A DNA stretch of 62,977 bases, filler included, from Hyphochytrium catenoides (lineage: Eukaryota > Protista > Hyphochytriomycota): the NCBI GenBank assembly GCA_900088475.1. It is 9 parts of 9 records of this genome, joined end to end, with 100 filler letters (N's around TTAATTAATTAA, not from the genome) between each part and the next. Parts side by side here need not be neighbours in the genome. Positions count along the whole stretch, not along the records: positions 1 to 14,845 come from FLMG01000330.1; 8 more parts are not named here. The stretch is one strand, 5' to 3'. Below, piece after piece: positions 1 through 10,735 of this stretch; position 1 is the stretch's first letter; the number at the start of each line of letters is the position of its first letter. The position numbers and the translations under genes were made by a program. The notes under the pieces were generated by a model. The model was not told the origin of the DNA and made no database searches. It saw only the letters and a program-made list of their open reading frames with translations.

Positions 1-660
1 CTTCATCTTAGCAGGTCAGACTTCCTGCAGTCAGAGCTGCATGCAGAACAAGAGAGAAGACTTCATCGTGCGTGCTTGGCCACGCTCTCTATCCTACGAC
101 TAGACTTCCCTATCTATCAAAGAGTGACCTTACTTTTGCCTTTGTCTTTTAACATCTATCGGGTCTTCTCTTTCCTCTTCAAGTCACTCTTAACATGTTC
201 GAGTACAAGGCCAGCCTCACTCTCTTTGACGGAGAGGAAATGGAAGAAGAAAAGATAAGAAATGACTGGGTAAGAAGGTCCATGCTACTCCTGTCCTACC
301 CTGAAGAAGTAAGAAAAAGTAGAAGTTGCAAGGAAGAAGAAGGAAGAGCTACGAGTCTTGGTCTCTTATCCTCTCCCGTCGTGAATGCAGTCATCGTTTA
401 TGCTTTCACTGGTTGAGAATGACGGATGCGGTGCAACTTCTGCCATTGGAGGTTGCGATTACTTCCGGGAGTCCAGTAGATAGGAGGAGGGTAGATCAGT
501 CTGTCGCGAGTACAAGCACTGGCAGACTATTGACAGAGACTTCTTTGCTATCGGTTCAGGCTTTTTAATAAGCTGCAAGAGGATCGACCCTAAGGTTTGC
601 CATGAAGGACAGGCCCAGGACTAAGAAGATCAACCCAGAAGGCTAATAATGGCCCTCTAA
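1..660 (-). pseudogene. Possible decayed paralogue of the upstream 422-aa ORF
   Basis: Minus-strand fragments GLIFLVLGLSFMANLRV (signal-like) and LVLEHVKSDLKRKEKTR*MLKTKAKVRSL loosely resemble the intact ORF (ILDYARAIRRK...LLANEKVKAL); interrupted by stops and frameshifts; similarity judged by eye only. Confidence 0.25.
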
Positions 661-804
661 TAACCTCGTTTTGCAAGTTGGGTGGAAGTCTCGTCGTCCT
701 CAACCTCACGAAGAGGGGAGACTCATCACCCGCTCGTTCCTACGGCGTTGCTGTTGCTGGCGAAATAGACAGCTGATTCTTTAGGGGTGATTGAGTCCGG
801 CCGA

Positions 805-2073
805 TCACTCTTTATCAATTTTCTCCAGACGAGCGTCAAGGAGTTTGCTGAGAGCATCATCTTCCCCTCTTCGAAAGTGGCCGCCGGAACCTCCGGCAGT
901 AGTCCAGCCCACGTGGCTCCATGCTTTCTCGAGGAAGGATGTTTCTTTAGCAGCGTTCCGTACACGCTTCCCAAACAGTTGATAGAAGTGCGTAAGCTTG
1001 TCTCCGACGGCCTTGGGCTCCTGATGACGCGCAAGAATCTCCTTAGCAATGTCGTCCAAGTTATAGTGGTCACCATGCCCAAAGAGCCACGAGACTTCTT
1101 CCTCAACAGTGTTAAGCGCAACTTTGATCCGTGATTGGGCTGTCTCTTCCGCAATCTTCTTTGAAGTGTAGTCCTTTAGGACTTGGTCTATCAACCGCAC
1201 AGCCATGGTGCCCATGATAGACACACGCTCTTCAGTCAAAACCCAGGATGCCTGCCGCTCCACTTCAGATTTCACTATGTCCATCTTGGTACGATCGTCT
1301 CTTACGAACGATTCTGGTTTGGACAAAATAGACCAGAGTCTCTGCAGCTGGGGCTTCTCCCGTAGCCATAGCGTTGCTGCTTCTATTATCCACTCGTGGG
1401 GTGAAAACATATACTCAAGCAGTACAAAGTCATCAGTCCTCCTTCCATTCCTGATGTAGTAGGCCCATACAGAGTCGCGGATTGAGTCGGCTTCTAACGC
1501 TTTGGCCAATGCTTTTACCTTCTCGTTGGCGAGGAGGCGCTCTTTGAGGAACTTGATGCCCTGCTTACGCCGAATAGCACGTGCATAATCTAATATAAAT
1601 GAGATTGCATGGACGGTTCCCCGACCAGCAGCGAACAGATTTTTAGCTAGAAAAGATGAAAAAGAGGGTTCAACCTTCGTCATAGAAGAAGAGGAGCCTC
1701 CTCTCATCCCAGCCTGGGGTGATTGTCGTGAGAGCAAACTGGCCACCGGAAGCTTCCTTTTCACCCTTACTTGTATCCCATCTAAGGAGGCGTCCTGTTC
1801 TCTCAAAAGTCTCGTTGTCACTTTTAGCGGCGTGCCGTTGTCTTCTTCTGTTTTTTGTGCGTCTTCCCTCGCAACATGAAGATGAAGAGCTGGAGTTCCC
1901 CATAAGGCAGGAGCAGGTAGAGCATCGGATGGCTCAGGGCCTTTTACGTGGATCATGTCATCAATAGACAGAGATAAGCAGATCAGGAGACCTCCGAGGA
2001 CACACGTGGAGACGAGGAAGGAGGAGGAAAGTGAAGACGACGGCTGCCATGATCTCCGTGTGATCATTGTCAT
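805..2073 (-). CDS. Intronless 422-aa hypothetical protein with N-terminal hydrophobic signal/anchor (secreted/effector-like; RLLR at residues 88-91)
   Basis: Long microsatellite-free ORF; hydrophobic segment FLVSTCVLGGLLICLSLSI near the N-terminus, then a charged, helical-looking body; no family recognised. Confidence 0.6.
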   Translation of the reverse strand: MTMITRRSWQPSSSLSSSFLVSTCVLGGLLICLSLSIDDMIHVKGPEPSDALPAPALWGTPALHLHVAREDAQKTEEDNGTPLKVTTRLLREQDASLDGIQVRVKRKLPVASLLSRQSPQAGMRGGSSSSMTKVEPSFSSFLAKNLFAAGRGTVHAISFILDYARAIRRKQGIKFLKERLLANEKVKALAKALEADSIRDSVWAYYIRNGRRTDDFVLLEYMFSPHEWIIEAATLWLREKPQLQRLWSILSKPESFVRDDRTKMDIVKSEVERQASWVLTEERVSIMGTMAVRLIDQVLKDYTSKKIAEETAQSRIKVALNTVEEEVSWLFGHGDHYNLDDIAKEILARHQEPKAVGDKLTHFYQLFGKRVRNAAKETSFLEKAWSHVGWTTAGGSGGHFRRGEDDALSKLLDARLEKIDKE

Positions 2074-2754
2074 TGCTCGCTTCCTGTCCCCTCAGTTAAG
2101 TACCAAGGCTCTCTTTTCAAGAATTGACAGTTATTAGCACCAAGCGCACGAAGAAGCACAGAGAAGCAGTCGGCGGGCGGCGCTTTCATTACATCTGGAC
2201 AGAGTGCTACTGTGCATGTGGCTTGAGATCTGATATTGAGCCAACAAGAGTGTTATACTAGGCTCATGACCAACACCGAAAGAAGGCTGATTGACTGGGT
2301 TGCTTTCTGCGTGGTACCAAACAACACGTAGAAAGAAGATTGATAGCTTGCTGTCATGTACAAAGCTCGCGTCTGGATCAGAAAGACTAGTTGCCGGATC
2401 ATCTCGTGACATATGGAACCTATTCCAAAGGGTCTGTCGCTCTGCTTCAGCGAATAGGAAGGAGGACTGAGAGAGCTACTGAGAGAGCTACTGTGAGAGG
2501 TCAAGCATCGGAGCCAGTGGAATGCTGTGCCACACTACATTGCTCGGTGTCAGGTAATAACGCCCACTACCAAGACCTCGGAGCTCCAATAATTCATGCC
2601 AGTAAGGGGTAGGTGATGGTGCCAGGTAGACAGGACCTCTCCTCCTCCTGCTGGGGAGGACGCAACGGGGGAGCCAAGTTTCTTCCGCTAAGTGTTGCCC
2701 TCAGAACCACGTACATGAGCTAGCGTTTTAGACGCTGCGTTACGGCTAACTGAG

Positions 2755-3850
2755 AGCACGAGGCCATAATTGAAGCATAGCCTTAAGTTACTATGGACAA
2801 CTCTGGACAAACCAAGGAAAAAAGGGTATAAGATATGGTGCAGAACCATCCTAGAACCATCACTAGAAGAATATCACTGATGGCCAAAAGCAGCGACACA
2901 ATTCCTTACAGTCGTAGAGCTATCAATATTGTCGATAAAGTGTCGATAACGGGCACGATGCCGTCAAGACGAGGCGTCCACAGGGCGGAAGCTGGAGTAG
3001 TCAGACACAGGTAGGGTAAATTTCTTCTACCTGGAGACGGTTATTATTCATAGGAAAACAGCGACTTCAAATCTGGACCAAACTACGCCTTTTATGCCGT
3101 GGGCGGAGCAGAGGTGCTAAAAAAACTCCGAACATAGTCGAGCCATACGACATACTGGTACCGAAGAGCCAAGCACAAGGAACGAATGAGGTTCTCCCCT
3201 CATTCTAATAGATATACGGAGAACATGTCAGCCACCGTAGAGACCAGAAAGGAGAGAAGAACTGAACCTCGAGAAAGAAGATACAGTAGTAGTTCTAGTA
3301 AAAGATGCGATCTGCATTAATCTTTGCCGGCTACTCCTCCGATAGACTCATCAAAGAATCAACTGACGAATGTTGGCTTGTTGGCATAGCTTGTAGTCCT
3401 GCACAGCACGCTCATCATTGCAGGAGACTATAGGTGGCGGACTTCGACCTGCAGGCGGTAGAGTTTAATAAGCCACGAAGAGCAACCTGCTGCTGTTCTT
3501 ATATCTGGCACTCCGATCAAGATAGAGATATCATAGAGTATAAGTACCGACGGAGATGCTCTACTACTAGTAAAAGTAACGTATAATAGGTCTATGACAG
3601 AATGGCAAAGTGTAGGGCTGAGAGCTTACGAGTACAAGCCCTACAAGGTCTAAGAAGCTACGAAGTATGAGAGTTTCCTCCGTTGGAGGTGGGACATCTG
3701 GGTCTAGAGTTCTACGACGAGAGGCCATGCTGCCAAGCTTCTTGGAGGACTGGTTGGAGGACGAGGTGCTTGCTTGCTTATGTTTGTAGAGCTACTCGTA
3801 CTGTATAAGTAGTTCTACTGTTTCACACTATCCATTGCTTGTAGGGCTAG
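2755..3850 (+). pseudogene. TpA-enriched decayed coding relic (gene or transposon) abutting the tRNA
   Basis: Microsatellite-free. The + frame containing ATG 2835 runs to 4020 with only TAG/TAA stops (10 in 2835-3850) and no TGA; strong TpA excess. Confidence 0.4.
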
Positions 3851-3855
3851 AAAAA
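3851..3855 (-). terminator. RNA polymerase III oligo-T terminator of tRNA-Ser
   Basis: TTTTT on the minus strand 3 nt downstream of the tRNA 3' end. Confidence 0.75.
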
Positions 3856-3858
3856 GAT

Positions 3859-3940
3859 CGACGGCTGCAGGATTCGAACCTGCGCGGGAAGATCCCAGTG
3901 GATTTCAAGTCCACCTCCTTAACCACTCGGACAAGCCGCC
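3859..3940 (-). tRNA. tRNA-Ser (anticodon UGA), long variable arm, intronless
   Basis: Reverse complement GGCGGCTTGTCCGAGTGGTTAAGGAGGTGGACTTGAAATCCACTGGGATCTTCCCGCGCAGGTTCGAATCCTGCAGCCGTCG: 7-bp acceptor stem, GTGGA/TCCAC anticodon stem around CT-TGA-AA, GTTCGAATC T-loop, G discriminator. Confidence 0.96.
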
Positions 3941-4706
3941 AACGAGTACACAAAGGCGGAGACTGTCAAATACAAGTACAACTTTCAACGAGTTCATAAT
4001 CAGTTATCAGAAGCGTTTCTGATAGTCTTTTTTGGTCGTAATGATCTGGCGTTTCACTTAAGTGACGTTAGCGGCTAATGGCAAGCAGATCTTTACCTTG
4101 TGTTGGAGAGAAAGAGAGAGGGGGAGGAGAGAGAGAGAGAGAGGAGAAAGAGAAGAGAAAGACAGCAGAATTGAGAGTGTGACAGACTGGAGAGACGCGC
4201 TCAGAGCACATGGGCGAGGAGAGAGACGGACACATGAAGGAGATAAAGCTTCCACCTACGAGTAGAACTATCATGAGATGCAAACTCGACTCAGCAAGTT
4301 CTTCCCGTGCCCCCCTCTCTCCTCTCTGTCTCCCTCTCTCCCTCTCTCTCTTTCTTCCACTCTCTCTCTCTCTTTCTCATTATCTCTCTCTCTCATTATC
4401 TCTCTCTCTCACTCTCTCATCTCTCTCTCTCTCTTCTCTGTGTCTGTCCCACTATCTCCTCTCTCAGACTGTCTCTCTTCTTCCTTACTGGCTCTTCATA
4501 TCGCCGTCTCCCATCCAGCTCGCCGCCATCCTCCGCTAGTTCTTGGTGCTGTCATCGCTAACCTGCTGCCTGTAACCTGAGCTCTTCATGCTCTTCAGCG
4601 TCTAGGAAGAGAGAGGGGGACAGGGGAGGCAAATAAAAAAAGAGAAAGACGTCTCCTCCATCTCTAGCTTCCCGCAAGATACAAGGAAGGCTTACAAGAC
4701 GAAGAA

Positions 4707-6882
4707 ATGGGGGCACAGCCGAGCTCTGACGGCGGCCCAAAGCCGGAGGAGGTTGCCGTCAAGGAGGCTGGAAGAGGAGATACACTGCACGCAGGAGTAG
4801 GAGAGAGAAAGGAAGAAGACGCGATGAGCGTTAGTAGCTGTGGCTCCAGTGAGTGCAGTGAGTGTCTCCATGCGCGGGAGAGTGCACCAGAAGAAGGATT
4901 AGAAGCGGCCAAAGAGGAAGACGACGGTAAACCACTGACTCTCTCTCTCTTCTCACTGCCGTCATTCCCATCTTCTCTCTCTCTCAAGCACTTTTGCCCA
5001 TCAACAAACTGGCTGAGTCTCCTTCTGTCCCCCGGATTGGCTTCAGTGGAGCTTTTCCAGTCGTCTCTTATGTTACTTTTTCTTCTCTCTATCTTTGTCT
5101 CTGTCTCTCTCCCTCTTGAAGGACCTTTCCCTGTCCCTTCAACCTTGACGCCCTTCAACACGCACTTTGCTGTGCCTTCTTTCTCTCACAAGTTCTCTCT
5201 TGGTCTCCACCTCTCTGCCGCTCGTCTGTCTCTTTCGGCCTATCTTTCTTTCTCTCTCATATCCTTTTCCATTTTTCCTCTCTCTTCCCTCCCCTTTTCT
5301 CTGTTCCTCCTAATTTCTCCCTCTCCTTTTCCTATTCCTATATCGTCCTTTTCTTTCGTCTCTCCTTTTCTCCTTCTCTTTCCTTTATCTCCTTCGCTCT
5401 GTCACTCTTCCTCTCTCTCTGTCTCTCTCTCTCATCTTTCTCTCTTCCTCTCGTGCTCCTCAGACATCTCCTCGGACGAAGAGGAAGAGACTCTCTTTAT
5501 CGGCCCGAACACTGTTGAGGAAGATTTGTTCGGTCACCGGCGGTATATGACGGGCTGGATGCGCACGCCGCGGAGAGCGCGCTGGTTTGCTTTGAATGAT
5601 GAGGATCTGACGGGATATTACCGCTCACTTAAAGACAGAACCAAGAACTTATACCTGCAGAACTATGCCATGAGGGTGAGCTCTCGACTGTGCTTCTCCG
5701 CCTTCTCTCTGTTTCTGTCCCTCTCGACCTGTCTGTCTGTTTCTCTCTCTCCTGCGGTAGCTCTCACTCTCTCTCTCTCTCTTGCGGTAGCTCTGACTCT
5801 CTTCTCTCTCTTTTCCTTAGCTCTCACTCTCTCTCCCTTGCAATAGCGCTACTTTCAAGTTCTCTCTCTCCCTTTTTTAGAGCGCTCTCACTCAATCTTT
5901 TCTCTTCTCCCTTCTCTCCTGTGTGTTCTCTTCCTCTTTCTCAATCTGTCTATGGTCGTAAATACTGTCGCAAATACTCATGATGCGTGTGCCTTCTGCC
6001 TGTGCCTGCTGTCTCTCTTTCTCTCTCTATCCTTTCAATTCGTCTTCTCTAAATGGTGGCCACGTGCCGACTCTCTAACGCCATGGTACGGCTGCCCCTG
6101 CCCTTGACGTCTCAGATAAGTCTCTCGGACATTCAAGAAGTTGTCCCTCAGCCTTCCCAGGAAACCTTCCTCGTCAAAACTTTCAAGAAAGAGTATACGC
6201 TCAAGACAAAGAACAAAGAGAGGCGACAGCAATGGATGGCCGCTCTCTCCTGTGCGATTGAGGTAGTCAACTCTCTCTCTCTCTTTGAGCCCTTCTTCTT
6301 CTTGATTGTGTCTCTCTCTCTCTCTCTTTTTTTCTCCTTCCTCTCTTCTTTGTCTTTCATCCCTTGCAATGTGGCTGTAGACTTTGTCCTCTCCTTCATA
6401 GGCTTTTCTGAATCTCTCTTGTCTGGTCTCTGCTCTCTCTCTTCATTGGCTGCTTCTTGTCTTAGGCCAACAAGCAAAAGGAAGCAGAAGAGATTGCGTC
6501 TCTCTCTCTCTCTTCTTGGCTCTGGCGCGGCTCCAAGCGCTACTGGTGGCAGCTCCGTCTTCCCTTCATCAGCTTCTACCGCAGCGCCGACCATTGGGAG
6601 GATCCCATCGGATTTATTGAGGCGAAGGCATTAAAACAAGTGACGGAGGTGAAGAAGGTATGAAGAGGAATGAAAAGATAATTGAGGAGAAAACTAGGGG
6701 AGAGATAAGGAGAGAGAGAGAGTGAGAGAGAGAGGGAAAGAGAAAGTAGCACACGCCAGAGAGAAGTAAATGCACAATACCAATATTAGTTGTCTGTCTC
6801 TCATTTTTAGTTCTCTGTCACTTATTTAAGTTCTCTCTTTTGCGCTCTGTCTGTCTCTTCCTCCCCTTCTCTCACCTCACTG

Positions 6883-6934
<52 letters not shown>

Positions 6935-9900
6935 TCTCTCTCTCTTTCCTACAATCCCCTCCCCTCTCGTTACGTCTTCCCCTCGTGGATCCAGTTAACG
7001 TTTAAGGTGACGTACATGGACTCTTCTAAAGGAGGAAAGGAGGTCACGGTGAAGCTCAGAGCAGGAAACCTTGGAGACTGTTGGAAATGGACGGCCTGTC
7101 TGCAGCAGATCATTGAGGAGAGAGAGAAGGGGAAGATAGCAGGGGAGAGAGGAAAGAGTGAGGAATCTGAGCTATTGACAGAGAAGGCTGCCGCAGAGAA
7201 GAGAAAGATCGTCTTTTCTGTCACGGAAGAGAATATCCAGAGAAATGAGAGCTTGGAGGAGCTAAAGCAAAGGTATGAGTGTTGCAAGGGAGTGAACCTA
7301 TCTATCCAGAGACGGACAGACGAGAAGTCAAGGGAGAGACGAGGATTCAAGGGAGAGAGAGACGGTGGGCGACAGGGAAGAGAAGGGGCCCAAGACGGGG
7401 AAGGAAGAGACCCAAAAGTGAGAGAAGGAACACCAGGAAAAGAACGCGAAGAAAACCAAGATAGACGCAGCGTGGCCACCTAAGATAGTACCACAGACTT
7501 TTGATCTCAACCTTTTTTCTGGCACCTCCGATTTGGGGTCGTAGTCCTCTCTCTCTGCCTCTCTTTCTCTCTTTCTCTCTCTGTCTCTCTCTCTCTCTTT
7601 TCTCGCTCTCTCTCTCTTTTCTCTTTTTCTGTTTTTCTCCTCTCTCTCCTTCTCTCTCTCTCTTCTTCTTTGCCCCCCACCTCTCCCCCTCCATGTCCTG
7701 TCCTTTTCTCTTTCTTCTACCCTCGCTGTTCCTTTCCTCACATTCCTTCACCGCACTTGGTCCTCGCTATAGATTTACACCGATAGAGGGATGGCTTCTG
7801 AAGAATAAGAAGGATAGAAGGTGGTGCAAGATTGAAGGTGAGAGAGACACAGATCAAAGAAGCGATAATATCTCCCTCCTCGTATTACGTTATACTTCTC
7901 TCCTTCTATCTCTTTCTCTTTTTGCACGGAAGGACCGAGTACTAATATCTTTCGCTGCTTCATCTGAGACCTTATGCTCTGCATTTTCAACTCTTATTTT
8001 CTCTTATCCTACCCACGTGAATCCTTTGTCTCTCTCTCTCTCTCTCTCTCTCCCCTCTCTCTCACTACTTATAATATAAATTCCTCCGGTTGTCCGCTCT
8101 CTTCTGTCTCTCTCCCTAGATTTCGTCCTAAGTTATTACTTTGACGCTGGGAGCTGGGCGGACCGGATGGGCTGCATTCCTCTGGAGGAGGTGCAGAAGC
8201 TCGTGATGGACGATGTGGAAGAGATCAAGGTTTACACCAAGAGAAGTACCTACAGGTCACCGTCCCCTGCGCAGTCTCTCTCCATATCACGATCATCATC
8301 TGCCCTCTCTTGGGTCTCTCTCTTTCTGTCTCTCCACTCGCTCTCTCCTTCTCTGTCCCTTAAATTTTTACTCCATTGTTACTCCTCCCTCTGCTCTCCC
8401 TCTCTGTCCTCTTTGCCCTCTTTTTGGGTCTCTCTTCGCTACTCCTCTTCTCTCTCTTCTTTCCATTTCTCTACTTTTTTTCTCTTGCTCTCTGTCGCTA
8501 TCTTCTACTTCTCTCTCTCTCTCTCTCTACAGCTCTCTACGTCTCTCTCTCTCTTTCTCTGTGCTTAAGCTTTATCCTGTCTCGTCGATTGTCTTTACGA
8601 ATCAGCGTCTTCGCTTCTTTTGCTGCGCAGGTTCAATGCCGAGACCCCCGACGATTACCAAAGTTGGTGCCGCAGCCTCAAGAGCGGAATGGTCATAGCG
8701 TGCAGGTACAGAGACAAGGCGTCCTCTTCCAGCTTTCTCCCCTCTCGCTCTCTTGTTCGCTCTTTCTTTCTCTTCTCCCTCATTGTTTATTCTCTCTATC
8801 TCTCACTGTCTCTTTCTCTCTCTATCTCAGTCCTACCTTTCTCTCTCTCTCTCTCTATTGGGTTTGCCTTTCCGGCTCCGCTTCAGTGTCTGGCTCTCTC
8901 TCGCTTCGTCCTCTTTTCGGTATACTTTATCTTGCTCTCTTTTTCTCTCTTTCTCTTTTTCATATGATTCTCTGTCTTTCTCATCTCCCTCTCTCTTTTT
9001 CTCTCTCTCTCTCTCCTGACAAACAGGCTCAGAGAAGACAAAGAGCAGGCTGAACTGATTGCAAAGAGCCGAAAGAAAGACACTCCCAAACTCCGGTACC
9101 AAGTAGGACAGCACAACAAGGAGGACAACGCCCTTTCTCTCTCTCTCTTAGAAGAGAAGCTTGCAAAAGAAGCACTGGAGCGACAACAAAATGACCTGGA
9201 TGGGGAGAGAGAAGAGTCTGGAGGAGAGAGAAGAGGAAAATGGGGGAAGAAGGAAGGCTGGCTTTCTAAGAAAGTGGGGCTTGGCGTCCATCAGCGTTGG
9301 TTCAAGCTTGACGCCGATTATCTCCATTATTATGACGGAGATGGCGCCTGGTCCGAGGGCCTCGGATCTATCTCTCTTCTGGATGTTATGGAGATCAAGG
9401 TGCCTTCCATTTGCACTTAGGGTGGAAGAGAGAGAGAGAGATGAGATGAAAGAGAGAAGCAACATATGGGAGCGTAAAAGAGAGAGAATGAGACACGGCG
9501 CGAGAGAGAGAGAGCCCTGAGTCTGTGTGTGTGTGAATTTGTTGTGAGAGGGAGCGAGAGAGAGAGAGAGAAGAGAGAGAGACGAGGTCAAACTATCGTT
9601 GGAGGGCAGCGACTTCACCATCGGGTTGGAGCCTAAGAGGAAAGACCAGGAGAGAGGCTACGCATGTGATGAGGGAAAGATGTGATAGAGGTATCGGGCA
9701 GCAAGAGTTGGATAGACTGGCCAGCTCAAAAGAGCTCTAACATACTCATTTCCTCTGTGTGGTCGTACTTGTGTGTCTCTCTCTGTCTCTCTCTTCTCTC
9801 CCCCCGCCTTCCCATTCCTCTCTCACTCTCGGTTTGTTTTTGTTTTCATTCTCTCTTTCCTTACTTGCTACCTTCTCTATGCGTTCTCTCTCTCAGGAGC

Positions 9901-10702
9901 TTTACGACGCCCACTTTGCACTCTTAACCAAGGGAAGAGACTATCACCTCACCGCCGACAATGCAAAGACCATGGCTGATTGGATCCATTGCATTTGGGC
10001 CAATGTGAGGCTTGCCCGGAGAAGAAGAGAGGAAGAAAGACGAGAAGCCGCAGTGGAGAACGCTTCCAGTCTCTCTTCTGCAGGGACACAGAATGAACAA
10101 GGGGAGAGGAAGCAAAAAAGGAAGAAAAAGAAGGGAACTGGAGGAGTCTGGCCATCCTTTCGGTCCAACAACGAGAAAGAGCTTGTCTCTTCCCCTCCGT
10201 CTTCGTCGCACTCTTCCCCTTCCTCTTCTGCTTTTGAATGGAACAATTCTTCGTCCTCCGGCTCTTCCAATAGCAGCTTGTACTCGACAGGTAGCCCCGC
10301 TTTCGTGGTCTCTCTCTCTCTCTCTTGCTCCTTTTCTTTCTGCACTTTGGTTTCATTCTGCACTCTCTCTCTCCTTCTTGCTTATATACACCTCTTTCCC
10401 ACTTCCATCTCTCGCTCTCCCCACCCCTTCTGTTTTTCTCTTTCTCTGTCTCTCTCTATCTCTATCTCACGCATCTTTCTATGCTTATCATTTTCGACGA
10501 GGGTTTTCTGGCTCTATCTATCCTGACAGAGGTTGATCGATTTACCTCCTCCTCTCCTCTCCCTTTCCGTCTCTCTTACTTCAGTGCCGTTTTTGTCACC
10601 TACTCGGGTTTGCTTTTGCCTGAAATCCCCCGGGCTCTCTTTCTCTCTCTCTCTCTCTCTCTGTATCGGTCGATTGCACCTGTCTCAATTTTTTCTCTCT
10701 CT

Positions 10703-10735
<33 letters not shown>

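Noticed and set aside
2755-4020. Alternative genetic code (TAA/TAG = Gln) to explain TAR-interrupted frames
   Set aside because: Conserved genes (PiT, sirtuin, PH protein, kinases) have no in-frame TAR and several end in TAA/TAG; mutation explains it better
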